Notes under the pieces: model-generated
Told to the model about the DNA's origin: nothing
Database searches by the model: none
What the model saw: only the letters and a program-made list of their open reading frames with translations
DNA from: Candidatus Buchananbacteria bacterium
GTDB lineage: Bacteria > Patescibacteriota > Patescibacteriia > CAIXNZ01
Direction: 5' to 3'
Assembly (NCBI GenBank): GCA_014729025.1
Contig: WJKP01000017.1
Coordinates: forward strand, 1-51,344
DNA: 51,344 nucleotides
Translations under genes and position numbers: made by a program
Part shown: in pieces, positions 1 through 8,298 of the stretch
Layout of the letters: the number at the start of each line of letters is the position of its first letter
Position numbering within the stretch: the first letter of the stretch is position 1

Positions 1-61
1 AAAATAAAAACCCCTGTATCCAAGAGGTTTTTATTACTTTTTTTATAAAATTTTAAAAAAT

Positions 62-1219
62 CTATTGTAAAATCAAACTGAGTTCCTGCTCATTACCTTC
101 ATGCCAATAACCTAAACTGATTTCCTGCCCGGTTTTATATTGCAAAAGAATATCCAATAAATCTGTACCTTGATCAATCTTTTGATCTTCTATACTGGTA
201 ATAATATCACCGCTGACTAATTTACCAAATAATGGGCTGTCTTGCTTAATCGCAATACCATTCTGATTGGGCCATAATAAAACACCGTTTTCCAAGCCTT
301 GTCTATCCTCTTCAGTCAAACCATAAGCCTGGTTTAAATTAATATAGTTAATACCCAATTTCGGCCTGTTAATTTCTTCATCTTTTAAAACTTGGCTAAT
401 AATTTCATTAATATAATGTAAAGGAATAGCTTGATTTAACTGATCAGTTTGGCCTGATAAAAGGCCAATAATTTCACCTTGAAAATTAACCAAAGGCGAA
501 CCATTATATTCATTATCAAGCTCTCTGTCTAATAAAATATGTTTATCAAGATTTTCACTGGATGAAATAAAATCATACTTATTATTAATTATTTTATGTC
601 TTTTATCCTGAATATTGGCTAAATTTAACTGATCAGAATAACTATTATACATAAAAACTTGCTGACCATCATTCACATCTGTAAAATCAACCAATCTTAT
701 AACCGGCAAATTTTGAGCCGTTATTTTGATAAAAACTATTCGTGATAGATCATCTTTAATTATTTTATCGATCTCATAAATTTGTTTATCATAACTAATT
801 ATAAGATTATCCTTATTACTATTAATAACATCAGCAGTACTAATCAGCCAGCCATCACTTGTCAAAACAACTGCCTGGCCTAAATAATCTGCTGGTAAAA
901 AAATCTTATCCAAAAGATTTTTAACAGTCGTTTTCTTTTTATAAACTCCGACAATCGAAGGCTGAATCTCATTTTTTAGCTGATTAATCCTTAAATCCTG
1001 CTCAACCACTACTTTTTTAGGTTCACGAATAATAATTTCTCTTTGACCTAAATCAGTCTGTTCAGTAAAATACAGGTCTCTGAAAAAAGCTAAATTTGAC
1101 AAATAATATTTAGTAAAAAACTCGCCGCTAATCCCGGCGAAAAAGCCCAAAATCACAACTAGAATTAAAATGCTGATTAAATTAATTCCAAATTTACTTT
1201 GTTTTTTTTCATTAGGCAT
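62..1219 (-). CDS. membrane-anchored trypsin-like (HtrA/DegP-family) protease homologue with PDZ-like C-terminus, possibly catalytically degenerate
   Basis: 385-aa ORF; N-terminal TM helix (INLISILILVVILGFFAGI); S1C-like blocks GQAVVLTSDGWLIS and YNGSPLVNFQGEIIGL; PDZ-like C-terminal part (GKLVSGDIITSIEDQKI). Confidence 0.6.
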   Translation of the reverse strand: MPNEKKQSKFGINLISILILVVILGFFAGISGEFFTKYYLSNLAFFRDLYFTEQTDLGQREIIIREPKKVVVEQDLRINQLKNEIQPSIVGVYKKKTTVKNLLDKIFLPADYLGQAVVLTSDGWLISTADVINSNKDNLIISYDKQIYEIDKIIKDDLSRIVFIKITAQNLPVIRLVDFTDVNDGQQVFMYNSYSDQLNLANIQDKRHKIINNKYDFISSSENLDKHILLDRELDNEYNGSPLVNFQGEIIGLLSGQTDQLNQAIPLHYINEIISQVLKDEEINRPKLGINYINLNQAYGLTEEDRQGLENGVLLWPNQNGIAIKQDSPLFGKLVSGDIITSIEDQKIDQGTDLLDILLQYKTGQEISLGYWHEGNEQELSLILQ

Positions 1220-1246
1220 AAATTATATTATAGTTAATATTTAAAA

Positions 1247-2008
1247 TTAGGCCCATTGTGAAGTAATAATTATTATTAATAATAAAATACTGCTAATAAT
1301 CAAATAACGCCAAATTATTTTTCTATTTAATTTTTCATTTAATTTGGCTTTCAAAAGTCCCCAAATCAAATAAAAAATAATGGTTAAAATAATACTGCTG
1401 ACATAAAAATTAGTAGGTAAAAAAATCAAAGACCAGAAAAATTCCAAAATAATAATATTAATTATTATCAAATAAACATAACTGAATTCATGTTTTAATT
1501 TATTGACCCAAAAAGACTGCAAAATCAATAAACTAAGAACTATAATTAAAATCAAGGAAAGCAACCACAAGGGTAAATTCAAAAAAGTATAAAAGGCGTT
1601 TAAAATTATAGCCAATAGGAAAAAATTTATTAAATTAAAAATCGCAGATAAATTTTCCAAAGCGTAAACTTGATAAGCAGCTGGTTTATAGTAAAATAAA
1701 AAAATATTTTCCAAGTATAAAATTAATAATAAAGCAAATAAAATTATGAACAAATGTTTTAAAAATACAACACTAAGAAATAAAAGTAAACTGACTGTAC
1801 AAATAAAAAGCAAAACCGGCAAAAGCGACAAGTAAAAATACTCCTTACTCCGAAACTTTTGCTTAATAAAATACTTTAACATTAATAACAATCCCAAAAG
1901 CCCAATAAAGGGTAAAATATAAAGTAATTTTATATTATAAAATGATAATTCCAGAATTAAAGCAATTAGTAGCGGGCCTAAAAAAACTAAGATTCTTTTG
2001 GCAATCAT
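1247..2008 (-). CDS. polytopic membrane protein, unknown function
   Basis: 253-aa ORF, almost entirely hydrophobic helices; 1-nt gap to upstream ORF (operon-like). Confidence 0.5.
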   Translation of the reverse strand: MIAKRILVFLGPLLIALILELSFYNIKLLYILPFIGLLGLLLMLKYFIKQKFRSKEYFYLSLLPVLLFICTVSLLLFLSVVFLKHLFIILFALLLILYLENIFLFYYKPAAYQVYALENLSAIFNLINFFLLAIILNAFYTFLNLPLWLLSLILIIVLSLLILQSFWVNKLKHEFSYVYLIIINIIILEFFWSLIFLPTNFYVSSIILTIIFYLIWGLLKAKLNEKLNRKIIWRYLIISSILLLIIIITSQWA

Positions 2009-2009
2009 T

Positions 2010-2768
2010 CTAAAGTAATTCCTTAAAATTATTAATTAATATTTCCAAAATCAAGTTGCCATTCATTAAATTAATATTTTGAATTTGGCCGTATTTAGCT
2101 GTCACATTTAAAAAATTGTTTAAACTTTTTTCAGCAATAAACCCAAAAGAAATATTACCAATAAAATTGGGTAGAGTCAAATCACCTATTTTAAAATTAA
2201 CAATTTCCAGATCAGCTTTGCCGTCTTTAATAGTCGGCTTGATATTTAAAGTAATAATTAAATTAGACGGATCTTTGTTTTCAATAAAAACTTCCAAATT
2301 ATCCGGTAAAATAGCTATTTGCGCATATTCAATTTTTTCAGCTAAACTAGCTTTTTCTTTAATTTTATCCCTTAAAACTGCGCTTAAAACTTCTTCGGAT
2401 AAATCAAGCGAAACAGTTAACTCATTTATTTGTTGTTGCGCAACTAGTTCCTGGCTAACCGATTTTTCCAGTCGCGCCAAAATATCTTTATCAGCCTCAC
2501 TAACATTATCAGCTTCAACCAAACGGGCCGGTTCTGGTTCGTGATAAAAATTGGCTGTCAAAAACGGGACTTCTTTTAAACCACTTTTAGCTAAAACATA
2601 AGCGCCAATTAAACTAATGGCTAAAATAATAATTAAAAATAAAATCAAACAACCGGAACAGCCAAACATTTTTTTGTTTTGCTTTCTTTTTAAACCTTTT
2701 TTCATGCGGCTGATTTCCGCCTCTAATTCTTCTACTTTGGTACTTTTATCTTCTTCTTGTCTGCTCAT
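2010..2768 (-). CDS. single-pass membrane-anchored protein, unknown function
   Basis: 252-aa ORF; charged N-terminus, one TM (CSGCLILFLIIILAISLIGAYVL), soluble C-terminal domain. Confidence 0.5.
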   Translation of the reverse strand: MSRQEEDKSTKVEELEAEISRMKKGLKRKQNKKMFGCSGCLILFLIIILAISLIGAYVLAKSGLKEVPFLTANFYHEPEPARLVEADNVSEADKDILARLEKSVSQELVAQQQINELTVSLDLSEEVLSAVLRDKIKEKASLAEKIEYAQIAILPDNLEVFIENKDPSNLIITLNIKPTIKDGKADLEIVNFKIGDLTLPNFIGNISFGFIAEKSLNNFLNVTAKYGQIQNINLMNGNLILEILINNFKELL

Positions 2769-2778
2769 AAATAATAAA

Positions 2779-3834
2779 TTATTCTTCTAATCGCATTTCA
2801 ACTGATCTTTTTTTATCCAAAAAATCCTGAACAAAAACACTTAAAGCTGTAACCACTGGAATTGCCAAAATCACCCCTATTAGCCCGGCCAATTTCCCGC
2901 CAATCAATAAAGCTATAATACTGACTACAGGATTTAAGCCGACTGTTTTTTGCATTATCATTGGCACAAAAATATGATTTTCAAAAAATTGAATAACAAT
3001 ATATAAAATCAAAACCCAAAGCGCCATTAACGGTGACTGAAATAAAGTTAAAAAGACAGCAATAAAACCTGACAAAAAAGGGCCTAAATAAGGTATAAAT
3101 TCTAATAAACCGGCGATAATAGCCAAAATCAAAGCGTATTTAACCCCGGAAACAAGCAAAGCGAAATAAACCAAAAGAAAAATAATAAAACCTAAAATCA
3201 ATTGCCCTCTTAACCATAAGCCTAATTTTTGCTGGATCCGATTTACCAATTGGTACGCATAAGGTAATGATTGACTTGGCACCAATTGACGCAAAACTTT
3301 TTTTATGGCATTTTGCTCAACTAAAATATAAAAAGTTATTACCAAAATAATTATCAAAGAAACAATGCCGGCAAAAAAATTACCGACCCTGGCAAAAATT
3401 TCACCGGTTGAATCAGGAAATTGCAGTTTAAATGATTGGAAAAATGATTCCACACTTTTATCAATACCGTACTGGTTTAAAAAATGGCCGACATTGGAAA
3501 ATTCAATGGTCATTTTCTGCCAATAACGAGGGAAATTGGCTGATAACTGTTGCACTTGATCAATAATCGGTGGGATTAATAAAATAAAAATTAAAGCCAC
3601 TACTGCCACTAAAACCAAATAAACAATAATAACCGATAAAAATTTAGGGATTTTTTTGTTTCTTAACCAATCGACAATCGGTTCCAAAACTGAAACTAAA
3701 ATAATTACAAAAAACAAAATTGCTACAACATCCTGAATTAAATACAAAATCCATAACAAAAACAAAACTATTAAAATCTTAATAATCGAATTAGTGGAAA
3801 TTTCAATATTAATTTTTTTATTACTAATAGCCAT
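2779..3834 (-). CDS. AI-2E family transporter (PerM/UPF0118)
   Basis: 351-aa polytopic ORF with family-typical blocks LGLWLRGQLILG and LEFIPYLGPFLSG. Confidence 0.8.
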   Translation of the reverse strand: MAISNKKINIEISTNSIIKILIVLFLLWILYLIQDVVAILFFVIILVSVLEPIVDWLRNKKIPKFLSVIIVYLVLVAVVALIFILLIPPIIDQVQQLSANFPRYWQKMTIEFSNVGHFLNQYGIDKSVESFFQSFKLQFPDSTGEIFARVGNFFAGIVSLIIILVITFYILVEQNAIKKVLRQLVPSQSLPYAYQLVNRIQQKLGLWLRGQLILGFIIFLLVYFALLVSGVKYALILAIIAGLLEFIPYLGPFLSGFIAVFLTLFQSPLMALWVLILYIVIQFFENHIFVPMIMQKTVGLNPVVSIIALLIGGKLAGLIGVILAIPVVTALSVFVQDFLDKKRSVEMRLEE

Positions 3835-3911
3835 AACAAAGCTTTATATATGCTTATATTATAAAAAATTATTACCGGTTGGTCAATCACAAAATTAGTA
3901 TCCATACAATC

Positions 3912-3940
3912 TTGACAAAAAACTTTTTTGATGCTAAAAT
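3912..3940 (+). promoter_or_regulatory. sigma70-like promoter TTGACA-N17-TAAAAT
   Basis: TTGACA 3912-3917, 17-nt spacer, TAAAAT 3935-3940; drives the hairpin unit below. Confidence 0.5.
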
Positions 3941-3946
3941 AAACTA

Positions 3947-4083
3947 TTAAACTTAACGGCCATAAATTTTTACTTACAGAACCTGATCAAAAAAAACTAT
4001 TACCCCTTTCTTAATTTAGGTTCTGTAAGTAGTAATTTGTGGCTCAGTCGCAAAAAAGAAGGTGTTACCTTCTTTCTTTATTT
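3947..4083 (+). ncRNA. candidate small structured RNA (long hairpin plus intrinsic terminator), unclassified
   Basis: About 25-bp imperfect stem (GCCATAAATTTTTACTTACAGAACC 3959-3983 pairs with GGTTCTGTAAGTAGTAATTTGTGGC, ending 4043) around a 33-nt A/T-rich loop; then AAGAAGGT-gtt-ACCTTCTT plus T-run 4057-4083. Confidence 0.3.
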
Positions 4084-4126
4084 AAAAAATAAATTAGATC
4101 AGCTATAATGATATTATCATAATTTT

Positions 4127-4582
4127 ATGCCTGTTTTAGCAATTAATAAAAAAGCAAAATTTGACTATGAAATACTGGAAACTTTTGAAGCCGGTATTGC
4201 TTTGAGTGGTCAAGAAGTCAAATCAGTCAGACAAAAACAGGCTAGCTTAAAGGGGGCTTATATTACTATTAATAAAAATCAAGAAGTATTTTTAATTAAT
4301 GCCACTATCCCGGCGTATAAAATGGCCGGCCCACTACCTGATTATAATCCAACTCGGCCTAGAAAACTTTTATTAAACCAAAAGGAAATTACTTATTTAG
4401 CCGGAAAATTACAGCAAGCTGGCTTGACATTAGTGCCAATTTCGTTGTATACTAAGCATAACAAAATAAAATTAGAAATCGCGCTGGTTAAAGGTAAGAA
4501 AAAAGCTGATAAACGTCAGCAAATTAAAGAACGAGATGATAAACGCAAAATTCAGCGACTTTTAAAAAATAAATTTCAATAA
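4127..4582 (+). CDS. smpB: SsrA-binding protein SmpB
   Basis: 151-aa ORF, KAKFDYEILETFEAGIALSGQEVKSVR N-terminus typical of SmpB; adjacent to tmRNA. Confidence 0.95.
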   Translation: MPVLAINKKAKFDYEILETFEAGIALSGQEVKSVRQKQASLKGAYITINKNQEVFLINATIPAYKMAGPLPDYNPTRPRKLLLNQKEITYLAGKLQQAGLTLVPISLYTKHNKIKLEIALVKGKKKADKRQQIKERDDKRKIQRLLKNKFQ

Positions 4583-4624
4583 TTATAATTTTAAAATTTA
4601 TTTTATTATTTGTTATTTAATAAT

Positions 4625-4973
4625 GGGGATGACAGGCGTCGATTGAAAGAACTTTTAAAATACTGCAAGTCGAGGCTGTATTTTGCCTCGTTAATCCAAA
4701 ATACAACATCAATAAGTGCAAAAAACTTATTTACCAAAGTAAAGAGTGCTTTTACTCCGAACTTTGCTTTTGCTGCAGTTTAATAAAAACAGCAGCCATC
4801 TCTGCCTTTGATGCCTGATAAAAGGTTTGGGGTGTCATATTTTCTCAGGTAAAGCTGATTTAGTCTGGTCTTAACCAAATCAGTCATACATTATTAAGAC
4901 CTTTTCATTTTTAAGCTTGTCGATGGTATTTTAAAAAACTTTTAAGACGCGGGTTCAATTCCCGCCATCTCCA
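4625..4973 (+). ncRNA. ssrA: tmRNA (SsrA), one-piece
   Basis: 5' GGGGATGACAGGCGTCGA; 3' GACGCGGGTTCAATTCCCGCCATCTCCA (T-arm plus acceptor pairing with the 5' end); internal tag frame GCA...TAATAA at 4718-4786; CCA not encoded. Confidence 0.85.
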
Positions 4974-5056
4974 CACTTCGCCTCAACTTCGTTGATGGCT
5001 CAGTGTCTCGCTGACACTTTGAGCGAAAGTACTGACGAACGACGTGAGGAAGTTGA
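4974..5056 (+). repeat. tRNA/tmRNA 3'-trailer element, copy 1 (after ssrA)
   Basis: Starts CACTTCG one base after the tmRNA discriminator A; shares blocks CTCAGTGTC, GCGAAAGT, CTGACGAACG, GTGAGGAAGTTGA with copies at 11183, 12289 and 51210. Confidence 0.7.
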
Positions 5057-5085
5057 ATTATTATTAAAAATTAACTTACAAAAAC

Positions 5086-5739
5086 TTGAAAAGAATCAGA
5101 TTTAGAAAAAAACAAAGTCAAAAAAAACAAACTCTAGAAATTTATCCTATTAATGAAAAAATTAGAGCACCAGAAGTACGAGTGATTGACGAAGAAGGAC
5201 AAATGTTGGGTGTTTTTCCAACCAGACAAGCAATTGACATGGCAAAAGAAAGAGAGCTTGATCTGGTAGCTGTCTCACCCAAAGCTCAGCCACCTGTTGC
5301 TCGTTTTTTGAATTATGGTAATTTTAAATATCAGCAGGAAAAAGCCGCGAAAAAACAAAAATCACAGCAAAGAAAAACCGAAGTCAAAGATATTAGATTA
5401 TCCCCTAGAATCGGCAAGCATGATCTTGAGTTTCGTTTAAAACAAGCTGATAAATTTTTAAAGCGTGGTGATAAGATTAATATTGAAATTATTTTAAAAG
5501 GCAGGGAAAGACAACATCCGGAACTGGCCAAAGAGATAATTCAGGATTTTATCAATACTATTAATAGTCAAATAACTGAAATAGAAATAGAACAAGCGCC
5601 TAAAAAGCAAGGTAATAAAATTGTTGCTATTGTTTTTCCCAGTAATAAATCAAAAGAAACAAAGCCAGAAACAGATAAAGAAACAGATAAAATAGAAATA
5701 AATAAAGATAAACCAGAAGATCAGCCAAAGCTTGACTAA
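5086..5739 (+). CDS. infC: translation initiation factor IF-3 (non-ATG start; acidic/Lys-rich C-terminal extension)
   Basis: INEKIRAPEVRVIDEEGQMLGV plus C-terminal IF3 domain. The longest ORF starts at TTG 5086; unusual infC starts are the rule, so the exact start is uncertain. Confidence 0.9.
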   Translation: MKRIRFRKKQSQKKQTLEIYPINEKIRAPEVRVIDEEGQMLGVFPTRQAIDMAKERELDLVAVSPKAQPPVARFLNYGNFKYQQEKAAKKQKSQQRKTEVKDIRLSPRIGKHDLEFRLKQADKFLKRGDKINIEIILKGRERQHPELAKEIIQDFINTINSQITEIEIEQAPKKQGNKIVAIVFPSNKSKETKPETDKETDKIEINKDKPEDQPKLD

Positions 5740-5769
5740 TTTAATCAAATAAGCTAAAATTCAATTACT

Positions 5770-5803
5770 AAATCCATTGAAGGATTTATTTTATTTTATT
5801 TTA
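5770..5803 (+). terminator. hairpin plus T-rich tract after infC (terminator/attenuator)
   Basis: AAATCC-attgaa-GGATTT followed by ATTTTATTTTATTTT. Confidence 0.4.
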
Positions 5804-5873
5804 TAAATTGCAAATAGCCTAGAGCTAATAGATTAATAACCATAAAGCCATTAGCTATTTGCCATTAACCAAT

Positions 5874-6077
5874 ATGCCAAAATTAAAAACACGCAAAAGT
5901 ATTGCTAAAAGATACAAATTAACCAAACAAAATAAATTAATGCGCAAACCTGCTGGGCAGGATCATTTTAATGCCCGAGAATCTGGCAATAAAACGCGCA
6001 GTAAAAGAGGCTATGAAAGAGTAGATGAATCTAATCGAAAAACCATTAAAGAATTTTTACCTTATCACAAACAATAA
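5874..6077 (+). CDS. rpmI: 50S ribosomal protein L35
   Basis: MPKLKTRKSIAKRYKLT... canonical L35 N-terminus; ATG at 5874 preferred over upstream TTG at 5859. Confidence 0.9.
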   Translation: MPKLKTRKSIAKRYKLTKQNKLMRKPAGQDHFNARESGNKTRSKRGYERVDESNRKTIKEFLPYHKQ

Positions 6078-6105
6078 CTAATTACCAATTACTAATTTTT
6101 AAAAT

Positions 6106-6576
6106 ATGCCACGAGTAAAAAGATCCAAAGTTCACCTTAAAAAAAGGCGTAAAATCAGAAAAGCCACCAAAGGTTATAAATGGGGCAGAAAATCCAGTGT
6201 ACGCTTAGGTAAAACTGCCATACTTAAAGCTGGTCAGCATGCCCAACAAGACAGGCATAAGAAAAAAGGCCAGATGCGACAATTATGGCAAATCAGAATC
6301 AATGCAGCTGTCCGAGAACACGGTTTAACCTATTCAAAATTTATCAAAGCTTTAAAAGATAATAATATTGAAATCGACCGTAAAATTCTAGCTGATTTAG
6401 CCGTAAACAATCCAAAAATTTTTGCGACAATTATTAAAGAAATTAAAGGGACTAAAACCAGCACAAAAACTTCTAAACCTAAAACCGCAAAAAATACTAG
6501 CAAATCAACAACAAAGAAATCAGCTAAACCAGTTAAAAAAGAAACAAAAACTAAAAAAACTACTGCAAAAAAATAA
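6106..6576 (+). CDS. rplT: 50S ribosomal protein L20 with 42-aa Lys/Thr-rich C-terminal tail
   Basis: MPRVKRSKVHLKKRRKIRKATKGYKWGR... L20 core of about 114 aa, then GTKTSTKTSKPKTAKNTSKSTTKKSAKPVKKETKTKKTTAKK. Confidence 0.9.
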   Translation: MPRVKRSKVHLKKRRKIRKATKGYKWGRKSSVRLGKTAILKAGQHAQQDRHKKKGQMRQLWQIRINAAVREHGLTYSKFIKALKDNNIEIDRKILADLAVNNPKIFATIIKEIKGTKTSTKTSKPKTAKNTSKSTTKKSAKPVKKETKTKKTTAKK

Positions 6577-6589
6577 AATTCAGAGATAA

Positions 6590-6637
6590 GAGAGCCGCAC
6601 CTTTTTAGGGCTAAAAAGGTGCGGCTCTCTTTTTTTA
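6590..6637 (+). terminator. rho-independent terminator of infC-rpmI-rplT
   Basis: 19-bp stem GAGAGCCGCACCTTTTTAG/CTAAAAAGGTGCGGCTCTC followed by T7. Confidence 0.85.
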
Positions 6638-6731
6638 TATAAAAAATAAACAAACAAACAATTCGTGTCCCCCTCTTATAAACCAATTATAAAACCGAGC
6701 ATTTATACTCGGTTTACTTAAAGCGTATTTT

Positions 6732-7292
6732 TTATTTAATCGAATACTTAGCTACTGCATTCAAAAGTGATTTTGTAGGAAAAATAACATCAATGTGCTC
6801 TTTTGTGCGTTTAATCTCAATAAAACCTCTCTTTCCAAGGGCATTTATTCCTTGGGTAATTTTATCCGTACCCCAAAAATATACAAGACTAGAAGGTCCC
6901 CGAAACTCAGGGACAGCCAAATAATTAGGTGGAACAGGTTTTTGAACAAATAAACTATAAAGCCCTAAGGTGCAAAAACATAAAAATTTATAATTTGATT
7001 TTTTTCGCTCATAAACCATTTGCAATTTTCTGTTTCTTGCCTGAATGTTCATTCGATCCTGATTGTTCTTCGCATAATTTTCACAATCTTCCCTAATTTG
7101 ATCAAATAAAAATGGAATGCTTATTCCGCACCAAATCCCTTCCTGTTGACAAGCTACAATTAATCTGGCTGCTACCTCTTCCTGTTCAGCTGATCCCAAT
7201 GTCTGGGATAAATGGTATTTAGGAATTTTAAATTCCTGCGGAGTAAAAGGCATTTTTGCTTTTAATTTATAAATACCTAATTCGCTTGACAT
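6732..7292 (-). CDS. hypothetical protein
   Basis: 186-aa ORF with perfect SD (AAAGGAGGT 7 nt before ATG) and a TTGACA-N17-TATCTT promoter (7365-7370 is the -35 complement); no family recognised. Confidence 0.6.
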   Translation of the reverse strand: MSSELGIYKLKAKMPFTPQEFKIPKYHLSQTLGSAEQEEVAARLIVACQQEGIWCGISIPFLFDQIREDCENYAKNNQDRMNIQARNRKLQMVYERKKSNYKFLCFCTLGLYSLFVQKPVPPNYLAVPEFRGPSSLVYFWGTDKITQGINALGKRGFIEIKRTKEHIDVIFPTKSLLNAVAKYSIK

Positions 7293-7371
7293 TAATTACC
7301 TCCTTTTTGTGATTTTTAATTATTACCGCTTATAATAAAACAAGATAATATATTTTAAATCACTTGTCAAT

Positions 7372-8298
7372 TCAAGTCTTCCAAACACGTTTTGTCATAC
7401 GATCAAGGATCATAGCTAAAATAACAATACCGACTCCACCAGCTATTCCCTGGCCAACTTTAAGCCGCATAATCCCTCTTAATACTTCCTGCCCCAAACC
7501 TTCTGCCCCAATCATTGAAGCAACAACAACCATAGAAAGTGAAAGCATTATAGTTTGATTAATTCCCATCATAATTGAAGGCATCGCTAACGGTAATTCA
7601 ACTTTCCAAAGAAATTGTAATGATGAAGCCCCAAACGAAGTACCGACCTCACGATGTTCTTTTGATAACTGTTCTATACCTAAACTAGTAAGTCTAATTA
7701 CTGGCGGCGTAGCAAAAATGAATGTAGCAACAATACCAGGGACGTTACCGATACTGAAAAATAAAACGGCTGGAATAAGATAAACAAAAAGTGGCATTGT
7801 TTGCATAAAATCTAAAATCGGATCAATAATATATTTAATTAAATTGGATCTTGCCTTAACAATACCGACCGGAATGCCAATAATTAATGAAATTAATGTT
7901 GCAGTCAATGCCAAAGAAAGGGTGATCATTGTTTCCGGCCAAAGTCCCATAGCAACAACAATTAATAAAAGGGATAAAACAAATAAAGCCAAACGCCAGC
8001 CATCCAATAAGTAACTTACACTTGTCAATATTAAAATAATAATTAATGGCGGCAAAGAAGTCAAAACAGTCAAAATTGGTGAAAGTAAAGACTTAATAAT
8101 AAAAACTATTCCCACAAACAAAGGATCGCAGGTTGTATTCAGCCAATTTATTAAGCCCCCTGACCATTCTTCAATCGGTAAATATGGTAAAATTTCCTGT
8201 AATCCCGTCCCGCCGAAACGAATATAAGCTGCTGCTGCAAGAATAAGCGCTCCAATTATATACCAGGCATAAGATTTTTTATAATGTATTCTTTTCAT
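7372..8298 (-). CDS. glycine betaine/proline-type ABC transporter permease (OpuAB/ProW family)
   Basis: 308-aa polytopic ORF with MetI-like permease core; ATGA overlap with the upstream ATPase gene. Confidence 0.85.
   Translation of the reverse strand: MKRIHYKKSYAWYIIGALILAAAAYIRFGGTGLQEILPYLPIEEWSGGLINWLNTTCDPLFVGIVFIIKSLLSPILTVLTSLPPLIIILILTSVSYLLDGWRLALFVLSLLLIVVAMGLWPETMITLSLALTATLISLIIGIPVGIVKARSNLIKYIIDPILDFMQTMPLFVYLIPAVLFFSIGNVPGIVATFIFATPPVIRLTSLGIEQLSKEHREVGTSFGASSLQFLWKVELPLAMPSIMMGINQTIMLSLSMVVVASMIGAEGLGQEVLRGIMRLKVGQGIAGGVGIVILAMILDRMTKRVWKT

Noticed and set aside
2116-2544. Plus-strand ORFs antisense to annotated genes (2116-2544, 8758-9003, 9142-9420, 10183-10515, 38027-38452, 38564-39154, 45667-46044, and similar)
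   Set aside because: Each is nested antisense within a longer ORF that has recognisable family motifs or a coherent membrane topology. None has an SD or promoter context.
3947-4083. The hairpin RNA upstream of smpB as SRP (4.5S) RNA or 6S RNA
   Set aside because: It has no GGAA/GNRA apical loop or conserved SRP domain IV motif. The loop is a 33-nt A/T-rich stretch, and the length and shape do not fit the 6S central-bubble architecture. It is left unclassified.
8295-8298. Alternative genetic code (UGA = Gly, code 25) as in some candidate phyla
   Set aside because: TGA terminates opuAA in the ATGA overlap with the opuAB start. All long ORFs, including the 7.4-kb one, are intact under the standard code.
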